Made by a program: the position numbers and the translations under genes
NCBI RefSeq assembly: GCF_001194135.2
Contig: NC_068986.1
Location: 20,553,349-20,617,348 of the forward strand
Length of the DNA: 64,000 bases
Origin: Octopus bimaculoides
Taxonomy: Eukaryota
Direction: 5' to 3'
The notes under the pieces: model-generated
The model's input: the letters and a program-made list of their open reading frames with translations, nothing else
Told to the model about the DNA's origin: nothing
Databases searched by the model: none
Shown here: piece by piece, positions 52,651-64,000 of the stretch
Layout of the letters: each line of letters begins with the position of its first letter
How positions within the stretch are numbered: position 1 is the first letter of the stretch

Positions 52651-53611
52651 GTAGGTGTCACACACTTTCTCTCATCCAAATTGATTCTGTGTGGCAGTAA
52701 ACTTACAGTATAAAATGCAATCATGAGTCAGTTTCAGCTTTTTGTTTAAGCTAATGCTATAATACCTTTTGTGAAAGGTTTGAGCATCATTAATTTTCAA
52801 TGTTTTCCTCTAACTCCTGGATTTTTATCCAGCAGATTAGTCACTTAACTCTAAGATTTTATTCTTAATCATGCAGTGTGTTAATGTTTTTTTTTGAAGA
52901 CACTTTATGGAGGAATTACTCGTATAAGGACTTCTGATTGTTTGTGGTACTTAAATATTCTGACATAGTGACATGTGAAGTCAGTTCAGGGATTTGAATA
53001 GGTAATGTAGTACACGTATCCTCGTTTATCACTGATTCAGTCATCACTGATCCAGGATAAGATACGCTAATTGTGAACTGCATTACACTTTCTCAAATTG
53101 ATTGTGTGATAACGTAGATCAGTAATCAAAGTTTCAGCTTGGATTGCAGAAGCACACCTTGGTGACCATCTCACAATGCTCTGGTCAACTTAGGTCTTGG
53201 AAGTAAACTTACTTTTTCCCCCCCATATGTTCTGTTGTTCAATTATTACCAATTCATTCAGCATGGTGATTTTTGGCAACCAAACGCCCATGATAAATGA
53301 GGATAGGTGTACTTTGCTTGAAGGCTGCAAAGTACTTTAGCCAGATGCGACAATATGTTTGCCATGTTATCAACTTACAGATAATGTCTCTTTGTTATGT
53401 ATTAAGCTTTGGTATTACCATCTTCAATCAGTCTTGTCAAAGTAATTTTTCTCTCCAAATACAATAGTAACAAAATTTTGTTGTCATTGACAATAGCAAT
53501 TTTTGTAGATTGTATGTTGCTTCTTTGTTTCTTAAATATCAAATTCCCCTACCTATATTAAATAGAAATATTGTCTTTAAACAGCCTTAGATGAATGAAT
53601 TGTTATTTCAG

Positions 53612-53899
53612 ACTAACAACAAAGCTGCTACAGGTGAGGAAGTTCCTGAAAACATAATGTTAACTGCACGGTCACAGTATGGACTACCGGAAGATGCTGT
53701 CGTTTATTGCAATTTCAACCAACTGTACAAGATAGACCCATCAACATTAGACATGTGGGTAGATATCTTGAAAAGTGTGTCAAACAGTGTGTTGTGGTTA
53801 CTGCGTTTCCCTGCTGTTGGTGAGCCAAATATTATTCAGGCAGCCACCAGTCGAGGACTTTCTGCTGGACGAATTATATTTTCCCATGTTGCTCCGAAG
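53612..53899 (+). CDS. OGT: OGT Cat-II exon (288 nt): [12 protein letters not shown]…[11 protein letters not shown]…FSHVAPK
   Basis: tttcag|ACT…AAG|gtcagt; alternative in-frame AG at 53590. Confidence 0.96.
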
Positions 53900-54488
53900 G
53901 TCAGTCTCTGTGTTTTGTCATTTTAGCTTTCATTCTTTCTAATGTTTTAGATTCTCTTTTCCATGGTAGAGTAAGTAGGATGTTGTTTATATTTGGGTGT
54001 ACATGTGGGAGGCTGCTGTTATTCATAACAGATCTGAATACCTTTTCTACATTTAACCATAAAGAGGTGCATTGTCTAGTTTGTCAAAACAATCAGAATA
54101 AATAGGTATCACTTTTGACAGAAAAATCTGATTGGCTAAAGGGTTAAATGGCTAGTACAAGGAATCAAAATTGGTTTGTGGTGAGTCCTGTTACTTTTGA
54201 ATGTTAATCCAAATCACAAAAACCAAATTTGGTGAAGTTAGGGTTTCATGATTACAAGTTTAGATTCCATTGTTGTCCTTGTATTCCAAGGAATCCTATT
54301 CTTTCCTGAGCTACTAGCTAAATAAATAACTGCCACATTTTATAACTCTTGTCTTTAACTTTTTACAAAAGTATTTGGAAAAGTTTTGTGAGTTTTGTAG
54401 CCAACCAGGGTTGCACGTATACAAGGCAAATTTCTTTTCATATTTTGTTTCCAATTGTTCTGAAAGCGTTGTTTGTTGACTATTATAG

Positions 54489-54620
<132 letters not shown>

Positions 54621-55337
54621 TAAGAGGTTTCTGCTTACTTAACCCAGTTGATTTGTTGATTAAGAATCTCTGTTGGGGAGGAATTTAGCTTAGTATTATG
54701 TACTAGTTAATGGATAAGAAAATGTTTTCTTACCCTTGGTCACAAATCTGCTGATATTGTGATATAGTATTCATGACATAATATCCATTTGATGCATTCA
54801 GTGTGACTCTAGTTTGTCTTTTAGAATGTTTGGCTTTGGTAATCCTCTGCAGTTCATTTAGTAATAATATAACCATTGTGCAAAAATCTTGAGAACAAGC
54901 TTAGAATTTTGTTTCTGGGAAGTTTTTTTTAACTTTCTGACTAAGAGTCTACTGTGCAGTGTGGAATCTAAGAAAATATCTATCAGTTTGTGTACTGAAG
55001 GTCTCCTCCAACTTAAAGAATACTTCCACAATAACCCATTAGGGGTTGTTGTTCAGTACATCCTCTGGAAATGGTTAAACTCTGTCTAGCTGACTTGCTC
55101 AAATGACCTGGTATTTATATTGATAGTGCTACATTTCTTTGAAAATACGAATCCTGATCGTAATGACTGGGAATTGAAACCATGATGTTGCAATTGTGAG
55201 CGTAACACCCTAACCACTAAGCCACAGCTCCTCACCCCCATCAACTTTGAGATTACTGAATATACTAGATGAAATAATTATATTTCTGGTGAAATTCCAC
55301 TCTTGTATTTCTTACACAAAGAAAATTTAATTTTCAG

Positions 55338-55461
55338 GTGAGACACTAGCATCTCGTGTGGCTGCTTCTCAATTACACACTTTGGGTTGTCCTGAACTTG
55401 TTGCAAAATCTAAGGAAGATTATATACATATTGCTGTTCGCTTAGGAACTGATCGCGAATA
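55338..55461 (+). CDS. OGT: OGT penultimate exon (124 nt): [40 protein letters not shown](Y)
   Basis: tttcag|GT…TA|gtaagt. Confidence 0.98.
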
Positions 55462-56058
55462 GTAAGTATCCTGTTTTTCCCCTACTCTATTTATTTGAAA
55501 TATTGATATTAGAAAGTACAGAGTTAATATGATTAAAACAAATTATTCACTGTTCATATACGGTTAACTTTGATCAGCTCTACTCAGATATCTATAACAC
55601 AGAACTAGATGATTGCATATTTGGTGCAACTTAAGTTTTATCTAGGCCATCTTGGAGTTCAGTATGGAAACAAATGAAATTGGCTGCATTAGCAAAAATA
55701 TATAACAAAATAAATTTGGCTGTGTTTGTATGGACAAGTGTATTTTGAAAGAGGGGCCTTGCAAATCTACCAGATAAATGGTAGAAAATGGAGAGGAAAT
55801 TTTAGATTAAAAAATGACTTTGTTTATCTAAATTTTCAAAAAAAAAAAGTATTAAAAAAACCACATTATTTATGGGATGACTCAATATGATTGAGAATTT
55901 CATTTTTAATTTTATTTTATAGAATTTATTAATTAGATGCTCTGTGAACGTTTTGTGTTGATCTTTTGCTTTGCATTGCAATAGTGAGAAAGTTTTTCAA
56001 AAATAATTTTTGCATATTTAATTTTATTTATTCCATATTTTTTTTTTCTTTTTAAAAG

Positions 56059-56218
56059 CTTGAAATCTGTGCGAGCAACAGTGTGGAAAGCGAGGACAAG
56101 CAGCCCATTGTTTAACACAAAACTCTATGCCAGTCATCTTGAAAAGTTGTACACTCGTATGTGGGAGAAATATGAACGCAATCAGTCGCCTGCTCATTTA
56201 GTTGAGCCTTGGAGTTGA
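56059..56218 (+). CDS. OGT: OGT last coding exon: LKSVRATVWKARTSSPLFNTKLYASHLEKLYTRMWEKYERNQSPAHLVEPWS*
   Basis: taaaag|C…TGA at 56216-56218; matches the OGT C-terminus. Confidence 0.97.
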
Positions 56219-56732
56219 AGCTAGATTTGTTTTGTTTGAATTTTTGTTTTAACATTTTTTTCCTCTCATCAGCCACTGAAAGAGGTGGTGGCAAAAAAAA
56301 AAGAACAGATCAATAGACCTGGCTATATTTATACATATATATATATATGTATGTATGTATAAATATATATATGTATAAATATATATTATTACCATTCAAT
56401 CACTGTAAAATCATCCACAGGGAAGTTGTGGCTTCTCCACCAATCATTCACTTCATCACTATAAATTTCATTCATCTTTTAACTACAAATTGACTCTGAT
56501 TGCCAGATTATATATGGACATATACTTACAAACACCACATGCACATCATACACTACATGCACACACACACACCAGACATATACATAAGTGTGCTGTCACT
56601 CACATAGGTGCTTGATGCACATATGCCACATGCAGCACACGCATACCATACACAGGTGTACATATACAATTTAAAAAGCTTTCACATCTGACTGAAATGT
56701 TAAGATTTTGTTGGCTTGAAAAACCATTTAAA

Positions 56733-57001
56733 AATAAAATTTTAAAAAAACCCTTTAAAAAACACTTCCAATCAACCAGGATCTTTTAGTATGTATGTTA
56801 ATGTATGAGGATGTATGCAACATCTACATAAGCTGGTTTTTTTTCAGCATTTTGTTAGCACGGCTTAAGACAAAAATTCCGAAAACCAGCAGCTGCAAAA
56901 AACCTGTTGCCTTTTTTTAAACTTAAAAAAGAAACAACAAAAATCCAAAACTGGTTGCAAAGTAACGGGTCAGGTCGACAGTGACCAGTTATTAATTATT
57001 A

Positions 57002-57032
<31 letters not shown>

Positions 57033-57210
57033 CATATATATATATATATATGTATTTATTTTTCTTTTTTTTACTTGACCTTTCACAAAGTTTTGCCTTT
57101 TGACTTTTAGATCTGAAAAGTAAAATGAGGAAATCTAGTGTTAGAGACCAATCCAAACCATAGTGGATGAAATGCTTTCCCAATAAAGATAGCTATGGAA
57201 TTCAAATAAA
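56733..57210 (+). promoter_or_regulatory. Candidate polyadenylation signals of OGT (AATAAA at 56733, 57182, 57205)
   Basis: Hexamers downstream of the stop codon. The context is AT-rich, so chance occurrence is possible. Confidence 0.35.
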
Positions 57211-57500
57211 GAAGTTATTTATATATCTGTANNNNNNNNNNNNNNNNNNNNTTTTTTAAATTTAAATATTTATATTTGTGTGTGTGTATATAATAGTATA
57301 TTAAATTTGTATCTATATATATATACATATGTATATAATATATATAAATTTGTGTATGTATGTGTATATATATAGTATATATATATAAATTTTTTGCGTC
57401 TATATATATATATGTATATATATATATTAATTTGTATATATTATATAAATTTGTATATATTTAATTTGTGCGTGTATATAATAAAAATTTGTGTGTGAGC

Positions 57501-57547
<47 letters not shown>

Positions 57548-58020
57548 CATTGCTATGTAGATACTGGGTTTTATCTCGCTGTGCTGCACCTTGGGCAAGT
57601 ATCTTTTAATAGCCTCGGACTGGCTGATGACTTGTGATTGAAGTTTGGTAAGGGTGGGGGGAAAATTTTGCTGAGTCCTGTGCGTTTATATTTTGGCACC
57701 ACTCTGAAGACTGGTGTTGTTGCTTGTGCCCTTTTTTTAATGTCCCATAATGTTGCAGTTTGACAGTTAGAATTGATTAAAAAGCTGCTGGTGTTAATAC
57801 CATTACTTACAACCCCTTGGAGACGGTACCCCAGCAGGGCTGCAAGTTAAAAGACTGGAACCAGTACAAGAATGTCTCTGTGTGTATGTATGTATATACA
57901 TATATGTGCGTGTGTGTGTGATTCAATGTGGGTTAGGGACTCTGAATGGATTTTGTGAATAAGTTTTCCCTCCTTTTTATCCCTCTGTGTGTGTGTGTGT
58001 CTATATACACACACACACAT

Positions 58021-58057
<37 letters not shown>

Positions 58058-58535
58058 GGTTTTGTATGTTTGGCAAGTTGATGACTCATTACAAGAGATG
58101 AACAACAGGTTGACTGCTGTCAAGTGTCGTCTCGTTTTGTTTACATGGATAATTTTTACCTGCAGCACAGTAGTAGCAACAACAATGATGGGAAGCTAGC
58201 AATTGACCTTGTAGTTCGTAATACCTCCTTCCCCTCCAGCTACTGCTGCTTCTCTCAATTTCAGGGTAATTATGGTAAAAAAAAATAAATATTTTATATC
58301 TTCATTGAAATAACTTACAATGCAATCTCTTAGCTAAAAACATCATTGTATGCCTTCATTTTCCTGGTTTTTCATGTTATGTTTAAGAATTTGGCATGCA
58401 TTTTGAAGATCAGGGAATGGCTTTTCCCTCCCTTGGTTCTTTTTTTAATATTTAGGTTTAAAATTTCTCTTCTTACAAAGAATATTAGATAATAGGCGTA
58501 GGAGTGGCTGTGTGGTAAGTAGCTTGCTTACCAAC

Positions 58536-59519
58536 NNNNNNNNNNNNNNNNNNNNNNNNNNNNNNNNNNNNNNNNNNNNNNNNNNNNNNNNNNNNNNNNN
58601 NNNNNNNNNNNNNNNNNNNNNNNNNNNNNNNNNNNNNNNNNNNNNNNNNNNNNNNNNNNNNNNNNNNNNNNNNNNNNNNNNNNNNNNNNNNNNNNNNNNN
58701 NNNNNNNNNNNNNNNNNNNNNNNNNNNNNNNNNNNNNNNNNNNNNNNNNNNNNNNNNNNNNNNNNNNNNNNNNNNNNNNNNNNNNNNNNNNNNNNNNNNN
58801 NNNNNNNNNNNNNNNNNNNNNNNNNNNNNNNNNNNNNNNNNNNNNNNNNNNNNNNNNNNNNNNNNNNNNNNNNNNNNNNNNNNNNNNNNNNNNNNNNNNN
58901 NNNNNNNNNNNNNNNNNNNNNNNNNNNNNNNNNNNNNNNNNNNNNNNNNNNNNNNNNNNNNNNNNNNNNNNNNNNNNNNNNNNNNNNNNNNNNNNNNNNN
59001 NNNNNNNNNNNNNNNNNNNNNNNNNNNNNNNNNNNNNNNNNNNNNNNNNNNNNNNNNNNNNNNNNNNNNNNNNNNNNNNNNNNNNNNNNNNNNNNNNNNN
59101 NNNNNNNNNNNNNNNNNNNNNNNNNNNNNNNNNNNNNNNNNNNNNNNNNNNNNNNNNNNNNNNNNNNNNNNNNNNNNNNNNNNNNNNNNNNNNNNNNNNN
59201 NNNNNNNNNNNNNNNNNNNNNNNNNNNNNNNNNNNNNNNNNNNNNNNNNNNNNNNNNNNNNNNNNNNNNNNNNNNNNNNNNNNNNNNNNNNNNNNNNNNN
59301 NNNNNNNNNNNNNNNNNNNNNNNNNNNNNNNNNNNNNNNNNNNNNNNNNNNNNNNNNNNNNNNNNNNNNNNNNNNNNNNNNNNNNNNNNNNNNNNNNNNN
59401 NNNNNNNNNNNNNNNNNNNNNNNNNNNNNNNNNNNNNNNNNNNNNNNNNNNNNNNNNNNNNNNNNNNNNNNNNNNNNNNNNNNNNNNNNNNNNNNNNNNN
59501 NNNNNNNNNNNNNNNNNNN
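58536..59519. other. Assembly gap (984 N); smaller gaps at 4710-4719, 12269-12391, 39154-39163, 52372-52381 and 57232-57250
   Basis: Runs of N. Confidence 1.
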
Positions 59520-61109
59520 TTTTTAGATCTACCAAATTATTAATTTTATTAATAATGATGTAAAAAAAACAAAGCAAACATATACATATTTTTTTTTTTT
59601 TTGAAAAGATATGATGATGATGATGAATTCCTGGGACTTAGTAAGAAAAAAAAAAATAATCTACAGAATGACTCTAAAAGCATAAACTAAAACAACTCTT
59701 TAAAACACTTGGACACATAAAACAACAAAGAAAAAAAAACAATAGAATTCTGAGGAATTTCTGATTGTTGATATATAGATATATGTATATACATATATCT
59801 CAAGAGTATGTATATTTAATTTTATTATACTTTGTGCATACTTTGTATCTGCGTACATAGACTGCATATTGATTTGTTTGGTTCATTTTTGTTATTTCTT
59901 AATATTTTCAGTAACCTGCTTTAATGGTTAAGTTTTTTTCTTTTTTTTTTTTGTATATTACACCCTCCCTTCTTTCTTTCCTCCCATCTCTTTAATGATA
60001 AAGAAATAAATTAGGTATTTATTGCTCTTGATCTATTGTGTAAGTCTTTTTTTCTCTTTTATGTCTGTCACCACTATCACCACCGTCATCATCATCGATT
60101 TAACTGCCACTTTTTCATGCTTGAGTGACTTTGATGGAATTTGCTGAAGTACATTCTCTTCGATCAGATGACCTTCATGTTGCCAAATATCACTGGTTTC
60201 CCCCCAAAGGCCAGACATGTTTTTCATGAAAGATTGAAAATAAGGGACACCACTTGGTTGACAACTATGTTGCGATGTGAAGACAAGGGGAGACAAACAC
60301 CCACATACACTGCTGGGGTTTCGTTTAAGTTTCGTCTGCCAAATCTAGTCAAGGATTTGGTTGGCCTTTGGCTATAGTACAAGACACCCAATGTACTGTG
60401 CAATGAGACTGCCCTATACTGTTCGGTTAGGAAGCATCTTGTGAATCCCACAGCCGTCCTTGCACTTGAACATTTTCCTTCCCAGCGGGGGATCGAACTG
60501 TGGTCTCCTGCTCTACAAGCAGAAATATTTATCCTCTCTACATTACCTAGGAACATTATTCTATTCAAAGCCACGGTTTCAGCCTGACTACCTGCTGACG
60601 TTCTACACAGCTGAATTTCACGTTGTTAGTCTCGTGTCTCAAGGTGCTCGTTCAGTCAATATTGGTCAGCTTGAAGAATTAAAGATTCTACAACATTTCT
60701 TATTTGATGCAACACGAAATTTTGTCAGTGAACAGGTTGCAGTTTCAAAGCGAAAATATTTTGACAAATTAAATTTAAATGTTGAAGTGAATCAAACGGT
60801 TTTTGTGTGTTTTTTAAATGGCTAATAAACACTTTCCATGCTGCAATTGTTTTTGTTTCAGCACATGATCTCAGATCAGGTCACGTGCTATGCAAGTACA
60901 TCTCTGCAATTATTTGAATCTGTTACTGTGAAAAATGCAAACACGATGTCGTGAACACAGAACCTAAATGACTCGTTTTGTAAACGTAATCACCATCACC
61001 ATTATTTGAACATGCATTACAGGCTGCCAAACGTTACCTGTTTCCAAACCAGCTACCAATTCTCTGACCTTTTGGAAACGGATTCTGCTGGTTGCATATT
61101 GGTGACGTT

Positions 61110-61390
61110 TTTCTTTTATTCTTTTGTTCCAGTCATTTGACTGCAGTCATGCTGGAGCACCGCCTTTAGTCGAACAAATCGATCCCAGGACTTATTCTTT
61201 GTAAGCCTAGTACTTATTCTATCGGTCTCTTTTGCTGAACCGCTAAGCTACGAGGGACGTAAACACCAACATTAGTTGTCAAGTGATAGTGGGGGATAAG
61301 CACACACATGCACACACGACAGGCTTCTTTCACTTTCCATCTACCAAATCTACTCAAGTCTTTGGTCGGCCCGAGACTATAGTAGAAGAC
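61110..61390 (-). mobile_element. Composite SINE copy with CpGs retained
   Basis: ccagtcatttgactgcagtcatgctggagcaccgcc…ttccatctaccaaatctactcaagtctttggtcggcccgagactatagtagaagacac. Confidence 0.7.
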
Positions 61391-62237
61391 ACTAACCCAA
61401 GGTGTTTTAACGTCCACTTTTTCACACTTGCATGGATCAGACGAAGTTTCTATATCAACTTAACGAATCACTTATTGTCGCTGTTTACAACTGTGAACTT
61501 TCGATACTTTCAGCTGGAGAAATTATTGGAGGAATAAATGACTGAACCATCGCAAAATGCAGTAGAATCCCGGCTTAACAGATAAAGCGCTAAGATCACG
61601 TTAAGTCTGGAGTTGCTTCCCTTACATGCTAACATTTTTTTTAGTGCCAGTATTTGGCGGATATTTCATTATAAAGGTTTCGAAAGGGATAGATGCCAAT
61701 GTGATTTCCGAGGGATTTCAGATCAGCAGGATAGCTTAGTCCAGAGGCAGAATGAGACGTCACATGAAAGTTCACCAAAACAATGCTGTGACATGTATTG
61801 CAAGAAGCTGTCACATTTGTATGAAAGAATGTAAATGTTGAGCTGGACGGAAAATCCACATCCGCGCTGTTCAATGTTTCAGAAAACAATCAAGTGATGA
61901 CATTACAGGAAATCGAGTTGCTGCCAGTCTGTCTTTCCACGAATAGAGACTTATCGTCGTCATAAATGACTATCAAACATAACCATTTATATTCGGTATA
62001 AAGGATTCTCATATACAGCCTAATCTTGTATTTATGATTTAAAGCAGAACATTAATTTTATTTTTCATTTTTGCTCCACCTGTGGCCTTTCAGTGAACCA
62101 AAGCGAATCCAGTGGCTGGATTTAGTAAAATAATATCCCAAGTTCTCTTGAGATGGACGGACGTAAGACGGCCCTGATTAACTTCAGTATGGACCTCCTA
62201 CCCCTGCTGGGCAAATAAACACACTGGGCCCTATATT

Positions 62238-62533
62238 GTTTGTTCCTTCTCGCGCCATTCTTGGCTCATAAGGGCCGGTCTCCCGGTTTCATTAGCTTAT
62301 AGGTTTCCCACCTGGACGGGATGCTGGTCCGTTGCAGGTGAGCTGCTAGATGCAGGAGGAAAAAGTGAGAGAAAGTTGTGGCGAAAGAGTCAGTCGAAGT
62401 TCGTCATTACTTTCTGCGGCGTGGAGCTAAGGTGTTTCGCTCATAAACACACACATCACCCGGTCTGGGATTCGAACCCGCGACCCCCTCGACCGCGAGT
62501 CCGCTGCTCTAACTACTAGGCCATGTACCTCCA
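62238..62533 (-). mobile_element. tRNA-derived SINE with intact A and B boxes
   Basis: Minus-strand head GGAGGTACATGGCCTAGTAGTTAGAGCAGCGGACTCGCGG…GGTTCGAATCCCAGACCGGG; imperfect TSD cactgggccctatatt / ctctggcctctatatt. Confidence 0.75.
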
Positions 62534-64000
62534 CTCTGGCCTCTATATTATTCATTAATCGACAGCAAGCCGCGACATGCATTGATAGAAATTAGGCCTC
62601 CAGACCCGTGAGGTCCCCGGGCAACTCCCCCGTGTGCCCATACTTTAAGAAGGCACTGAGTATACGTTCACACACACACACTAATTTGAGACAAAACAAT
62701 TATTTTAAGATTAAGAATGATTTTATTGTTACAAAAAGGAAGAAAAATATAAAAAAGAAAAAAATGAATTAAATACCGGAAAAATATTACAGTATATACA
62801 AATCGGTTAAAATGTATAAAAATACGAAATTTATTTTCTGTGTGATTTCTGTGCATATATATATATATATGTATATATATAAATGTGTGTGTGTATGCGT
62901 GAAAATAAATATTTTTATTTAGGTATATGATCATAAATTTACAAAGTAGGAAAAATGAGATGATGTGGCTTTCATGCTTTTCTCAAGAGCATTAGTGATG
63001 TAAACGAAGAGATGATTGGTTTCAAATAACAATCGAAACCGGCTCTCAAAGATTTAAATTGACCGCGAGTTTTTACATCTCGTTCCGAGGCGCTTGCCAC
63101 ACTGCGAGAATAAATATTGCACTTGTTCCATGGACAAACAACGAACATGTCAACAACGGAGATAATAACAATATAGAAAGCTAACAGAAATAATTATTTA
63201 TGTTAATGTAGAAAATAGAGATAAGAACGTATGGATAACAAATTTAGTAGAACACGTGACTGATAGCGTCTTCTTGAGACCGCCATTAACTATATGATCT
63301 CCACTCTGTATTTACGTAGAATTTATAAGGTTAAGTCAATTTAGCGAAGTTCATATCTTTCAGAACTAGTTGATACTCTGTAAAGAGATTGAAATCGTCG
63401 CTACAAACCAACGGCACATTTAGCAGACGATGGATATGTTAGAAACAACAGCCAAATTCATGTAAATCACAGCGTATAGTCTTATAAATGAAGGCCAGAA
63501 AGGCGATGTTTCTAGATGGAACGTCTTTGATCATAGTTTTGGTGAATTTGGACAAAACCACAGGAAAAAAAAAGTTGAAAGATGTTCGACGATTTGTTTG
63601 GTGTTGCTACTTGTATCGGTTGTACAATTTCAATGGCTGTGTCAGGATATGAACTTCCTGACCGCTGAATACCCTTCCCTTAATAACGATATTACAACAG
63701 TACACACGCACACGCTCGCACATATGCATACACAGACAAATTCTCTTGCGAGTGTCGATCAGTATTTAGATTTTGTTTTTAATAGCTGTCATAGAGTAGT
63801 CTCCCCTTACAGTCACGTTGCTAAGTTTAATGCAGTTATCGTTCCTAGGAAAGATTGGTATCAAAATTGCTTTAATGAATTGAGGTGAAACAATGTAAAT
63901 TGAAGTGCTTACTGGAAACTGGTATACTCGCAACAGATTTGAACTCATGAGCTCGCACTTCAACAGTTTATCCGTTTAGCAACTTCGCTTCTTTAAAAAG

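Noticed and set aside
58512-59577. The two longest ORFs in the track (343 and 349 aa)
   Set aside because: They are almost entirely X from the 984-N assembly gap.
61400-62000. CpG-rich stretch with ORFs 61613..61834(+) and 61641..61889(-), possibly a transposase or exon
   Set aside because: No recognisable domain or consistent splice signals; left uncalled.
62455-62535. tRNA-like sequences with A/B boxes (also ~60480-60550)
   Set aside because: They continue into SINE bodies, and I could not fold a full cloverleaf with an acceptor stem. Called SINE heads, not tRNA genes.
63598-63963. Short ORFs near the window end as a possible neighbouring gene
   Set aside because: They include microsatellite-like sequence and resemble no protein family I recognise.

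Overview
Eukaryotic, AT-rich, microsatellite- and SINE-dense genomic DNA. The repeat families look like those of octopod cephalopods (my inference). The window holds nearly all of one + strand gene, O-GlcNAc transferase (OGT): 21 coding exons from 16146 to the TGA at 56216-56218, 3062 nt in total, about 1020 aa. All joins are GT-AG and keep the frame. The ATG exon was not found and probably lies upstream of the window. Introns and flanks carry decayed transposons (mariner, maT/DD37D-like, Penelope-like, RTE LINE, hAT- and piggyBac-type MITEs, tRNA-derived SINEs), microsatellites and six N gaps. The most interesting region is the 11.2-kb intron 21365-32557. It sits at the codon position of the O-GlcNAc-regulated detained intron 4 of human OGT (…LDEAK|ACYLK…). 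It has an unusually weak donor and a GC-rich cryptic exon (28344/28352-~28616) packed with 5' splice-site mimics, with stop codons in both acceptor frames. It also has tandem CAG|GT sites, a ladder of unused acceptors, and two CpG-rich GCGC islands that share three motifs, all in a ~5 kb stretch with no transposon I recognise. This suggests an ancient decoy/poison-exon feedback module for O-GlcNAc homeostasis in a mollusc. This is inference from sequence only, with no expression data. Exon numbers follow human OGT, and human exon sizes are quoted from memory.
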